Shown here in pieces: positions 11,639 through 24,400 of a stretch of 64,000 bases of DNA. Numbering within the stretch: position 1 is the stretch's first letter; every line of letters begins with the position of its first letter. Source of the stretch: Balanoglossus misakiensis (Eukaryota > Animalia > Hemichordata); contig CM082591.2 of assembly GCA_040954595.2 (NCBI GenBank), forward strand, positions 2,021,745 to 2,085,744, in the 5' to 3' direction. Under the pieces are notes generated by a model. It searched no databases, had not been told where the DNA came from, and saw only the letters and a program-made list of their open reading frames with translations. The position numbers and the translations under genes are program-made.

Positions 11639-14600
11639 TTAAGAGAACGTACAGTCAGATGGTGCAAACACGTCTCCAAGACTTAACAGCCTCCATATGT
11701 ATTATGCACAGTGTTTGTTGGCCATTCATGAAACTTTTCAGCATAAAATATGATTTTATGCTAATGATAAGCTAACCACACGTATACAATATCTGCCAGT
11801 CTGGTTGGGACGGGGTTTCTGGGCAGTTTACGAGTAGCCTATACGCACAGTGTACACGCGGCCATTAAGTCACGTGTGCGTGAGTCTAATGGTATCGCTC
11901 GCGCTATTTTTGCATGTCTATAGTCAGCTCCATGTAGATGGGTTTGCTAAAATACCAGCATGTGTGGGTGGGTGTTCTGAAACAGGTGTTTTCACCCACA
12001 TATGACATCCTCTCGCTAATACTGATGGTTTACATGATTTATCAGGATATGCAGAAATGGAAATTACTGGCATAAACCTCAGCAAAGCCAAAATGTATTT
12101 TTGCTTGTGGCTTTAAGAAACAATTACAAATGTAAAATGACTGTTAGTAGCATCAAAGCAATGTGTCTTCAGAATTATGTCGGATTTTAGTGGCTTTGTG
12201 TTTATGGGTCTGGAAATATTAAATTAATGAGAAATACAAATCGACGTTCATCTTGTACATATTGAATTTAAAATATGTACATTTTTGCTGAGGATTGTGA
12301 AATACAGTTGATGTGTACTGGTTATTTGTGGCAATGAAAACGATTAAAAACACTGAGAGTTCTTCTTATATTGTTTTCTGTTGTTTCTTGAGTCTGTGGG
12401 TTTTAATAAACCTATACTAGGTAAATCAAACCATTGATATTGAAACAAACGGAGATCTTTAAAAATATCCTTCAAAGGACTGTCTTATTATAATACATAG
12501 CCACGATGCTCGGACGTGGACAAGTGCACGGAATGGGATACTTATAAGATATTGATAATTTGCTTTCAAACACGATCCGTTATTTCCATTTTTCCCAAGT
12601 ATAATAAACTAATAGCCTCATTCTATAGTCTATGATCATCTCTTTGCTGGGCATACCATGTGATAGTAAAACATTAATTTCAATTTGAAAGAAGGTTGAT
12701 CTTGATTTTCTAATTTCCAAAAATATTACATTATACAATACCTAACGCCGAAATAGTGAAGAAACGGCAGGCTTAATAATCTAAATATTACATATTCAAA
12801 TTAGCCAAAAACCTTGAGCCATTCGTGGTCATTTACCCTGCAATTAACTGCATTACATGAAGCGTCGGGCACTTCAATGTTTAAAGGTGTTAATTGAAGG
12901 ATCACACGAGACACACTACACAAGTGTACAGTACTTGATTATCAGTAGAGCTAGGTGTTAATGGCCGAATAATATCACGACTGTATTTGTTAGACGCCGG
13001 GTCTTAAAAAGGACGTAATCAATTTTCTAAGGCTGTCGCGATTGAGAGAAACGTTTGAGCGACAATGAACGGCCGAGGATATCAGATTTTGTCGGGGAAA
13101 TCTCAGTACAGCGCGCACAGTTATCGACTTATGCCAGGACAGTATCGGTTTGTAAAAACAAGAAAGTGCATATTGTGTTTAGTTTGTTGTTCTGTAAACT
13201 CAGTGGCCGGCTGCTTAAAGGTGCAGGTGTAACTGGAGACATAAACTATTCTGTTGATTTTTTGTTCCTCCAATTCAGAAGAGGGTGTCCGCGGCGATAT
13301 AAAGTCGGGGAGAGAAAAACTCTTCGGTCAGTAAAACAAGAAAAGTATACGCATTATCTTGAGACTGCGATCCTAATTCTCATTCTGTGTTCAGCACTGT
13401 ATCAAAAACACTAACATTTCCGTCTTATAGTCTGTCGGCGTCTTTGCAGAGACTGTGTCGTGACGACATCGACATCGTTTCCAGAAGTTTATACCACAGA
13501 AATACAAGGTGCTAAAACCCTAATTTTCATCACGTCGAGAGACACGTCAGAGCCAGTTCCACAGCTTATGGATTTGGCCATGCAGAATAGTGGTCAATGA
13601 ACTTAGTGAACGGGTTTCCCAAGTATGTTCTATGCCGACATCAGAATTGATGAATTGTAAATACATGTACTAGTGATACCACAGACAGGGATCGATTGTG
13701 GGAAATGTGTGTCAGACATGTTCTCAGGCTTGTGTGCAACTCCCTCAACAAAGTTGTGACAAATTTCGGCCGGGTAGTGACAAGTGACGTCAATAGAAGC
13801 GCGTCCAACCATGGTATTTTGCAGCTGTCAAGAGCGCGGAAGTCATCAAGTGATATCTGCACGTTTTCCAGTCTAGTTAGGGGGTCCTCTACGCAACACA
13901 TAACTGCTGGTCATGGTTAGAAGAACGGCATAAAAGGAGACAATATTTTAAAGGCGGGAACGAAAAGTGAAAGCCTGAACGGCTACTTGTATATATCGCA
14001 TCTGTAGGCCAAGACGCTTCCATTTTCTCTGTTAACTGCGCGCGTAGAACAACCCAGCTCATCCGAACCATCTACAGTGAGAACTCACAAAGGCGAACAC
14101 ACTACAGCATTTTGGCGGCACCGGCGGCATTATCTAGACGGTTATAAGTTTCCACTTTTTTGAAGCAATCAATTTGTAACAGGTAAGTTACTCTTATATT
14201 GGAACTGTTGGTCACAAAATCAGCAAAATTGTTTCCAATTTTGCACTTAAAAGTTAAGTTAGTTGTACGACATTCATAGCCCATCTAAGTGATGTATTAG
14301 TTTTCAAAAGAATTTCAACGCTTGCTTCCTAGATTTTATCGCTTATTCTTACTATTTTGGGATACGTTGATATTTTAGAAATTTCATAAACTACAACATT
14401 AAAGTTGATAAATTCAGCTAAACTCTTTGGGGGAAATACAACAGGTGTCAAGCAAAATAAAGCGCTAATTCTGTCGACATAACTGACCGATACGTTCGAC
14501 CAACTTAATAATCTGCTGGTGCACAACTTCGACAAGAATGAACGACTTTTGGTATTTTCTGAGTCTACATCTAATCCGTGTTAGCACACGATCTATTGAC

Positions 14601-15389
14601 TCGATTGCAAGTTAGAGACAAGTGTTTGAATTCTTCATGAGTGGACGTGTTAGCATGGAGTTTGAATGCAGAACTGTAATTGCCGTGTGTAAGCCGATGA
14701 GCGTCACGTATCGAGCCAACGGAGTGAGCGCAGCAGTGTACCACCGTGTTATTGCCTTTTTACACATAATTGTACGCACGCGTTGCCCGGCATAGCAATT
14801 TCTGCGAACCTTGTGCAAACTGCAAGCCTCAGATATCTGAACTATTCAAGTAAGAAAACTGTGTCAACTGTTAGCGTGTCCGTGATTCCGATTGAACTAA
14901 CAGGACACGCAAGTCCATTCCAAATCAATCGACCTTTTATTGCCATTAAGCGGAATCCGTAACAAGCTTCATGTGGCTTAAAGCAAGGCAAATATAGCGA
15001 GATATGTTTAATTCAAATTCAGACGGGATCCATTGTCTCCAGACTGTATCCGAATTACAGCACGAAGCGGCGTGTATTAGTAGCTCTCGCGTAATTTCAC
15101 TTATTCCGAATCAGTGATTCCAGATCAAACGTTAGGTTAACAGCGACAATTCCACTTGTTTCATGAATTGAAAGACCCGAGAATATATGTAAACTGCATA
15201 TAACTGAGTATATAGTCAGATCTTTTGTCTTGTTAGAACACCTGCTAATTTGTTTTGGGTTTAGTCTATTTAAAAACTGTTAATATTTCTCCAAAAGACA
15301 GCTTACAAATCCTTCAATTTGAGCAGCAAACTACTCACATGTGTATGTTCAAGTTTGAGGTCTTGTACCCCTGTGTTCACTCGTGCGTG

Positions 15390-15482
15390 GGGGGGGGGGA
15401 GAGAGAGAGAGAGAAATGAACAGAGAACAGACAGGCAGACTGGAAGACTGACGGTCAGACAGACAGACAGACAGACAGACGG
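15390..15482. repeat. G-run plus (GA)n/(GACA)n microsatellite
   Basis: gggggggggggagagagagagagag...agacagacagacagacagac is directly visible. Confidence 0.85.
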
Positions 15483-18380
15483 GCGAGGACTGGACGAGGA
15501 AGGTAGCCGAATGAGGAAAATACCGCATTAGTCGATCCATTTGAATTATGGTGACTGTAATTTGACCTGACTTTTACATCTCCCCGAAATGATATCATCA
15601 AGTCGAACAACACGCCACCATATCAATTCGTGTTGAAGGGAACAATGAATTGGCTTTGCAATGTAATTAACATGACCGTTTTACGAAATAGTTCGTTCTA
15701 AGAACTGATTTCTTGTGACTAAAGGAAAATGTGAACTGAGGACAAACACGCCATTAGCAAACTATGTGAAAGGGTATCTGACAAGTAACATTTTCAAGTA
15801 ACTTTTATATCAATTGTATAATGGGCCCGGGTTTAGCCAGAACTTAAGATTTTATGGCATTTGCTGTTGCATTGTGTAACCAATCGCAATCCTTGTCCTT
15901 GAAATCACAAGGAAAAGTGTACACCGGCAGATAACCATTCTGATACAATTTGGCGGTAAAAACTACTGTACTGTCGTTCGCATGAATATTTGATACCGCC
16001 ATTTCGTCACAAAATACAACCGCGGGGGGATTTGACAGTCGAATTCGGTGGAAGCACGATGCGAGGTGGCATGGGCATTTAATCTTCCGCGTTAAGCTAA
16101 AAAAGGGCACACCGCTGAAGGAGAGACTTAGACTTTTTACACCTTTTAGCAGGCTCGCATCCTTTAAACACGTTTTAAAACTGCAGCAGTTTTGCCGCGA
16201 CCCGTTTCCTGGCTTCAAGTCTAAGTATTACCGCAATAAGTTTTAAAAGCCAGCCTTGATTTACTTTTGAAGTCAGGAACTTCTTTTTTTCAAACGGCGC
16301 TCCGTGGTAGGTCTCCCTAAGTAAGTTCAAAATGTCAATGTTCAAAACGCGTGGATACTAAAAAGTTAAGTGTCTCCCCCATAAGAACTTGAAACACAGC
16401 TGGCGTTTCGCTCCGACTTCATGATGAGCTGTGCGAATGTTCAAACCCTTGACAAACGCCGGGGAACAAATAGAAGCGAAGACGTGATGGATGGGGCCAT
16501 ATTTGATTTGCTGATAAGACGAGCAATGAACGTGAAAACAAACAAGGAAATTGACAAGAACGGGTACTTCAAAACGACCGTTGCTCAGCTGTGAGAGATG
16601 CGCCCAGCCGGATGAACAATTCACGTGTACACACGATGACAACATATGCGCAGTTGACAGTGTTAATCTCACGACAATGATGGCGTTATGTCGACACCAA
16701 CAGCCCTGACTCACGAGCCACCTTCCAATTTTGTCCATAGAGTTAACATGGAGGTTGGCGGCCATTTTGAATTTCAAAACTTGAGACGATTTGACACAGT
16801 TTTGCTCTGTCATTCATACTTTTGCACGGTGAACCCAAATTTTAGTCTCAATTTTAAGAGAGATTAATTTGAAGTTGCCTCGAGCAAAATTTGAGAGGAA
16901 CTTTGATACCTTAACTGATTCATAGTTATCGAAATCACTTGTAGAGTTAAGAGAAATGCAAACAGTGACAACCAGTGGCTCGAAACAAGTGTAATTGCTA
17001 CACTGAACAAACATTAGTTGTAAGTCGTACCTTACCTATTTTTGCAGAAGCGATGTAAATCTGGCGGGAAACTTCATGATGCAGTATCGTCCTGAGGCAA
17101 CAGTTCAAATATTTACTCTTCCACCATTAAACGTTGCTGCAGTAGATATCATTCTTTCCAAAGTGAAAGTATTGAGCAGACCTGGATTATATTGGAAACA
17201 CAAAAGAGAAATGACGTCATTCCCATGAATTTCTTACATTTCATTTATGGCTGTCTCAAACAGTTTTTCTCTCGACTTCAAAAGGTTGAATGTTTAACAT
17301 TACTCTCTAAAGGGGTTTGCCTTTATGTATACCGTATGTAGAATAAATTTTACAAATTAGAAGGTACATTTTCTAAAACAGTCTAAACTCCATAAAAACT
17401 CAAAATATTGTCGTTTGTCAACTGAGGAAGGGCATAAAAATGCAGTATTGTATCAATTAAACAATATGCTAGAAATGGCAGCTATTGGGGCTTTAACAAG
17501 TAGCGAGAGACGAATCCAAACGAATGCATTTTCTGTGAGAATGAAAGCAAAGGACATTGACGTGTCGTCTCTGGGGCTCACTAGCGGCTCCCGAATACTA
17601 ACATCCATGATTAAGTCGCCGAGACTTTTGATTGTGTGTAGATTTTCAGTTAGACCTGTTCCCCGGGGATATCGCTCATGCGGACTTTATCACCAGCGAT
17701 CACTTTCCCCGCTGCAGAGCATAGATCATTGTTCTCCGAAAGATAGAGAAAAACGACCGTAGCGGTAAACAACGATAGATAAAAATCATCGAAATGTAAA
17801 TCGTACCGGGCGTACTTCAGTTCGATCCTATACGCTTCAAACTATCGCGAACATTTTAAAAGGTTTAAGTGTGCTCATTTTAAACGGCCGTGCACGTGAG
17901 CCACGTTGATTTTCAAGACGCGTATCCTAATAACAGAATAGTATGGTTCTCTGCTTTGCACAATAAATTTTAGTACCTTCTGACTATCAAAACCTTATCT
18001 ACTTGGCTATTCATAGGAGTAATAGAAAACAATTGACACATTCGGGTCGCCCTTTGGAAAGTATCTTGTAAGTATTATTGACCGCGGTTCTGCCGAAACC
18101 CACGGGGAACATATAGCTCCGTACGGCGACCCGGTCTCTTTCCCGCTGTTTCGTGGCAACTATTATACGCGTCTCCGGTACTTATCATTCAGGGTAACGG
18201 ACGAGCATCTGGTGCTTGGTGGGGCAGTCGATGGCAAATTAATTGCTCGTAAACACAGCCATCTAGGGATGTGCTTCCGCGGTACCTAGAGACGATTAGA
18301 TAGACAGTGCAAGTCTCATTGCAAGAATCGTACCTCTTTTTTGTTTGTCATGCAACATACGAGCATGTCCTAGCATTTAA

Positions 18381-18436
18381 CTGCCTAGCCACGCGAGATC
18401 TCGCAAGGTCTCGTGGAGTTCGGAAAATGGTCTACT
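18381..18436 (-). repeat. Short dispersed repeat, copy 2 (inverted relative to 5435-5490)
   Basis: ctgcctagccacgcgagatctcgcaaggtctcgtggagttcggaaaatggtctact is the reverse complement of the 5435-5490 copy. Confidence 0.75.
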
Positions 18437-21400
18437 GATAATGATCTCGGTAGTCATAAACTTTGAAAGCAGGATTAGTCATAAAACACTAGAAAGCAAT
18501 TTGTGTGAGTAAAAGATCCTGTGAAATTGATATTGATGCGTGTCATTGTAGACTCATCGAAGATAAAATATGTTTAACTCAAAGTGAAAGTCTGCAGGGA
18601 GCGCTCGCAGTCTGTTTCTCCGAGTATGTCATATCCGTCATGCAATTGCTACTGGGCAGTGGCACATCATAACCACAGGCCAAGCAGGTGTATGGTAAAC
18701 GAAGGCTCCATTACTCAAAGTCAGATTCCAAAGCGGTAGGTCCTAGACGGGCTAATGGGCGAAGCGAAGGTTAATTGACGGATCCACGAAAAACATTTAT
18801 TGATTTAGACTTTAGCAGGGTTAATTTAAGGTTAGTTAGAGAATGACATTGTCAATACAGGTAATTCCCGGAACAGACATTTACGCGTCTATTTCCTTAT
18901 GTAAGAATATGATCGTGAGTTTAGCTAAATAATTGCTTGTTTCCTTGCATTGTTTTCGTTATCGACACCTGTTTAACAGAGTTCAGGGCCTTCGCTAATG
19001 TTCGTAAAACGCAGACTCATGGTCTTCATTGTGATGGCAAATGACGTTTGACCCGAACTAAAATATAAAAGTATAAAGTACAATACACATTGCATTCAAA
19101 CGGAATATAACAATTCAATGTAAACGTGCGCCAGAGATTAGTCATCAAAACCGTCTAATATAAAGGATTTGCGTTACAGAGTGTTGAGTTTGCGTCAGCT
19201 CATAGTTAATGGTGCTAGGTACCCGCTCATGTTACACTACATTGTAGCAAGCTGTGGCGTCTGCGATCTGACTAGCCATCCCACGTGGCTGGCACGAGAA
19301 ATTATGCTGTTCACGAGGCAGGCAATCATGGTTGACATTAATGACAGAGTGTCAGCCATGGCGTGAAAATGGAACCCGAGAACAAATCCCAGAGCGACTG
19401 TTTATTTGAACAGCGTTGATGTTATTTACAGTTGAGCATCGCAGCAATTAACCTAGTCGACAAGCTTTATGAATTCTATGAAAACGACACCACTTTATTT
19501 CAAGTCAGAAACAATAATTACGTTAAATTTCTCTGTTAACCTTTATGTAAGACGTTCAGAGAATACCTGATCACTGGATTACAATCGCCTGTAATTTTCA
19601 TAATGTCCATATTTTCAAATATTCGAAAAAATCTACAATACACCCTCCTCCATCTGGATCATCCATTACGATATTTGCTTTGGAAAGGCTGTGTGTTATT
19701 TATCAAGTGTGGAAGGAACTTCTGAGAAGCCTGTACACAAGAACCCAGTCCAAGGGTCGTAGATCAAACGTTTTCCCGGAGGTGAGGTTCGCCCCTCGCG
19801 GATTAGTAAGAGAAGGCAAGCTTCCCTTCGGACACTGTTTTATGTTGAGCCTTCAAGCAGTAACATCAGTTCGTGAAACTCAACCATTTCCTCAGAGGCA
19901 TCATAACCTGAAATTAATTGACATCATGGCTTCAAAAACTGCGGTTATGGATATCAACGTTCTTCTGGGATTCGTTTAATAGATTATGCATTAGTGTACC
20001 AGGGTGCGCCATCCGGTTATTCTGTTATTCTTTCAATTTATTTCATGTAGAAGTTCACCATCTGAATGTTTGAAATGCCATTAACGCGAAGTATGTTGCT
20101 GTTTGAGTTCCGATATTGAGTGCAACGTTCGGCCGGTTCGAGCCAATATCGTGCGCGTATACGCACGTATGTATACATTATACAACACACGACTTTCTTG
20201 AAGCGAAGAATTTTTTTAATGAAGTATGGTGGCGCTATATCTTTGTCTGTTCAATTTTGAACAGACCTCTACTTCAATGGAGAATGTAGGGCTCACGTTA
20301 AGTTACCTTCAGATTTTTTTGCGATTTCTTCAAGCATTGCAGTTCTATTGCAGAATTGTGTGCGATTCCTTAGGGAGCTTTCAGATATTATGGGAAGGGT
20401 GGGCCGGGGGGAATGTGTTATCCTGCTCATACCGCGTTACTAGGATGTGACCCCCAGGACAGACGAACTAAAAGGCACCCTCCCCAATTCAACCAGCTCA
20501 CCCTTCCGTGTGATATTACATTAGCGAAGGTTTAACATTGCCATTTTGGGACTCTTTCCACGATAAAAAATATCTAAGGTGAGTTTTAAAAGCTTAAGTT
20601 TTCCATCTAATATATTTCGGGCCGACTTACATCGCTTTAACAATCTTCAAAGTCTTCAAACGGCATCCGAAAATAGATGGATGCTTTCTTACAGTGTTTA
20701 CCATCTTCAAGAGCTTATACGTGTACAAGTATCTGCTTATCGAAATTATTACTGAGAACATCGGATTGACAATGGCTTGCAGGCATTGGTTAGTTATCTG
20801 TCTTTTCAGTGTGAGCACTAATGTTACCGACAGACAGACAAACGAGAACCTTGCTTTTCAAAGGCAGTTTCAGGAATAAGTTTTCATTCAAAGTATACGG
20901 ATCTATATATACTCCCTGAGGTCTCAGGCTGACCCAGGAGACTAAATAAAGAAACTCGATTAAAATAAACTAGTCGGGCACGACAGGTAAATTTACAGTA
21001 GCGATATCAGAGAGGCGACGAGTTCTAAATAGTCATTCTAAAACAGCTTCCCGAAATCAGCTGGAAGCTGTGTGAATGACGTCATCGATAGAACTGGTCC
21101 ATCCTCAGCAGACTGTATTTCATATGTGAATTGTCACAGGTGATACGATCTACGAATCACAGTTGACTTCATGCTATGATTTACCCACTCGAGATGTTTC
21201 TTACTCCGGGGTAACGGTTCAATTTGGAACAAAATGGCAAGGCAGACGAGACGGGATGTCTGTAGCTCGTGACTATCGCTTGACCTGTCAATAACGCCAA
21301 ATAATCGATGCCGAATGCAAATTTGGCGTAATTTGCATATTTGTCACGCCACGCGCACTTCGGCTCCAACGGGACGGGTTCGGCAAGACGCGGACTCGGG

Positions 21401-24400
21401 AAAACGTCTTAATGAACCTATTAGATGGTATGGCTGAAGGGTTAAGCTGCCAGATAACCATCGCTTTGTGTCCACACAACCTGTCAACTTATCGATTAAT
21501 CAACCCCGGCGGAGATAAAAGCTTTAGATTTAAGGAAGTGATACGAGAGCTCGTTTCACGTCCGAGCTTGTCACCCGAATGAAACAATCCGGTGTCGCAA
21601 TAAATGAGAGGATCATGTAGCGAAACTCCCGGCTGACAGAAGCGGCAAACTCATTCCGAAGACTGTCCACCAAACGCGTAAAACAAATAAATTCGGTTCG
21701 ACAGATTCAGGTTAGAACTATTGTTACTTTTACATTATTTACCTGGTCTTACTCGCTTAATTTTTTTTAAATTCTAGCATTAATTTCAGGAAATCTAAGC
21801 AGAATTAATGAAAAGGCACAAGCTTACTAAAATTATCACAATGAGCCATATGTCATGACTTTAATACACTCTGTTTTAGTTCACACACGGTGTCATGAAT
21901 ATGTTTGAATTTTCAATACGGCTCTAACGCGTATCTTCACAAGCGATATGAGACTCCTTGCACTAGAAGCTGGTTTATTTGTAACAAATCGCTATGAATA
22001 CTTTAAAGTAGCATTGAGAGTAAGGGTACTTCGAGCCCGTCAGGAGAGTTTTAACTTCCCCTATAAAGGGATCACCTGTACAGAACGTCAGGTTTGTAAT
22101 TTACACCACGGCTGATGATGCGTGATGACAGCCATTGCGGCAAAACCGCCATGTCACATCGATAGCTGGCGACTGGTGTAAAAAAGGCAACCTTCCGTTT
22201 CAGATCCGAGCAAACAGGGTGCCGTGAGGCGAGTGCGTGACCTTTGCCCTCTATCCAATCTCGTGACATCGCAAACTCCTGGAGGTATACATGCTTTGCT
22301 TTTCGAGAACGGAACCGCGCGCGGCGCAGAAGCGGCGCTTTAGCAACTCATCAGTACCGTCGCTCACGTAGCGCGAATAAGCGCTCTTCCCCGGAGACGC
22401 TAAACACTTGCGCCATATCCCTTGAGCATGCGCAATTACACTCTCCGGCAAGCCTAATCAATCTGATATCGAATTAAGTCGAGAAAATCCTGATTTCAGC
22501 GCTTGTTTAATGAACACACTTTTAACAGAAACAGACAGCGATCGATGTACTGACCTTTCATGTTTTGACAATGGATTTTAATCATTCTTGAGAGAGTTTT
22601 TATTTGTTTCGATTAGTGTAAACGTTAACTCATATTTTAATTTCCAACACTATCAATGCTGCAAAACGTACCTTACCCTACTACATGTAATATAACTACC
22701 GGCATAAAACCAGCCAAAGCGTATGGGGATCTTTATCAAAGACCCCTTATAACCTTAACATTTAAAAAATGATTCAATGTCTTAATTTAGCAATATTTTG
22801 CATAAAACGCCCTTGATGTGAGGATAAATCATTTTATCAATCGGTCAAATACCTTTTTTCGAATGTGTAGCATGGTGGAGGGGGAACTTTCTCAAGGCCC
22901 GATTGTGTTTTGTTACAGGCGGTACAAGGTTCGATTGTTGATTGAGACACCGTGTCGCGCCAAGAGATTGATCCACAGTTAGTGCTCAGGAGCTTTGTAC
23001 GTGAGTACACTTTATGTTACAAAAAAACTTGAATCGCATAACTTTCGGTCGGACGAAAAGTTTTCACACCACTTTTACAGCGCTAGCGTTACGTCAATGT
23101 AAATCCTGGAATGTTGGGTTACTGTGTTGGTCTAGATCAAGCCACATGATGCAACAAAATGCACTCAATAGTCGTTGGTTAAATAGTTCTGAAAAGGAAC
23201 CCCCTTTATAAGTCTCAGAATGCATGAAATTGAGAACACAAAGGCAAAAAGTGTGTCTATTAATCTCACTACATGTCTCTCATTTGCAATTCCGAGAGTC
23301 AAAGTGAACGCTCAGGGCTGTCAACCCATATCTACACTTTAGTAGAACTCTACAGTCAGTAAAATCTATGAATCGGGCGGTACTGTTTTACGTTTTCATC
23401 AAATCGAGGATTTTAACGGCAAAGTCGTGAGATCTAGTAGAATCACCTGACGCAACGTGTCCCTGTCCTGAAAATAACCCCTAAAATAATACCCCCCTCT
23501 TCACTGAAGGAACAAAGTCAGTGGACGGACATTCATTCTGTCTGACTATAAAAATTGCCGGAAGGAGTCATCGATATCTGTACCGTTGCGATTTAGCCGA
23601 GGTGTTTAATAAGCAAGAACAAATCTCTCAAGGCAATGATGAATGTCACCCTTTGTAATTTCAAAATCCCAGTTAAGTAAACTTTGGGCTAGTGTATAGC
23701 CTCTGGAACAGAAGTGAACAGTGGTAAACGTTCAGTTCACAATCGAATAAGGTCAATTGACTATGTGCTGTTCTCCGTGGTTACTTTGTAACCGGCAGTG
23801 ACATTTATCTATGGCTTTGGTCCAGATGTTGAACCTTAAATTGAATTTGCCACAGGTAATGTTAAGTACATTAAAGTTACCGTTGTTGGGAGGGTGTGGT
23901 AAGTTGCTATGGTTTCCTACGCGTGTAAGTCGACTCACAGCAAGGAAATGACAATGTTCGTGTATTTACAATCCTTAAAGGTTAGTATATATATTTCGTT
24001 TTATCGATTCAATTGCGTTTAAGTAATTTTTTTTCGCTTTGCTTTGAGGGTGTGTTCTTGATTAAAATGCACATCATGTAGGCCACGGGTACATGTCTTA
24101 GGCATGCGTGCGTAGGCCGTGGGCGACGAGGTGACATTTCTGATCGTTAAGATCAACTGTATTAAAAGTTCATTTGTTTTTCACATACACTGCAATCATT
24201 GGTATTCGTGGTAAATGCTAATTATAGATAGAAATGTCGCGAGGGGAGATATGGTCAAGTCTAAGTTTAGCCTCTGATCAATTCAGTTAAAATACTCCCT
24301 AAAATGTTAACGCAGGTTCAAGCAGAACCCATTTTTCTCTATAAAAAATACTGCCTTTGTGCGTTAATGGACATCTTTGCTTCGTGAATTGGAGATTCGG

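Noticed and set aside
13641-13901. 86-aa minus-strand ORF preceded by an acceptor-like tract
   Set aside because: No recognisable motif and no partner exons found.
16735-16900. Sequence resembling an interspersed repeat end (gttaacatggaggttggcggccattttgaatttc)
   Set aside because: No second copy, TIR pair or TSD is visible within the window, so it cannot be supported without a repeat library.
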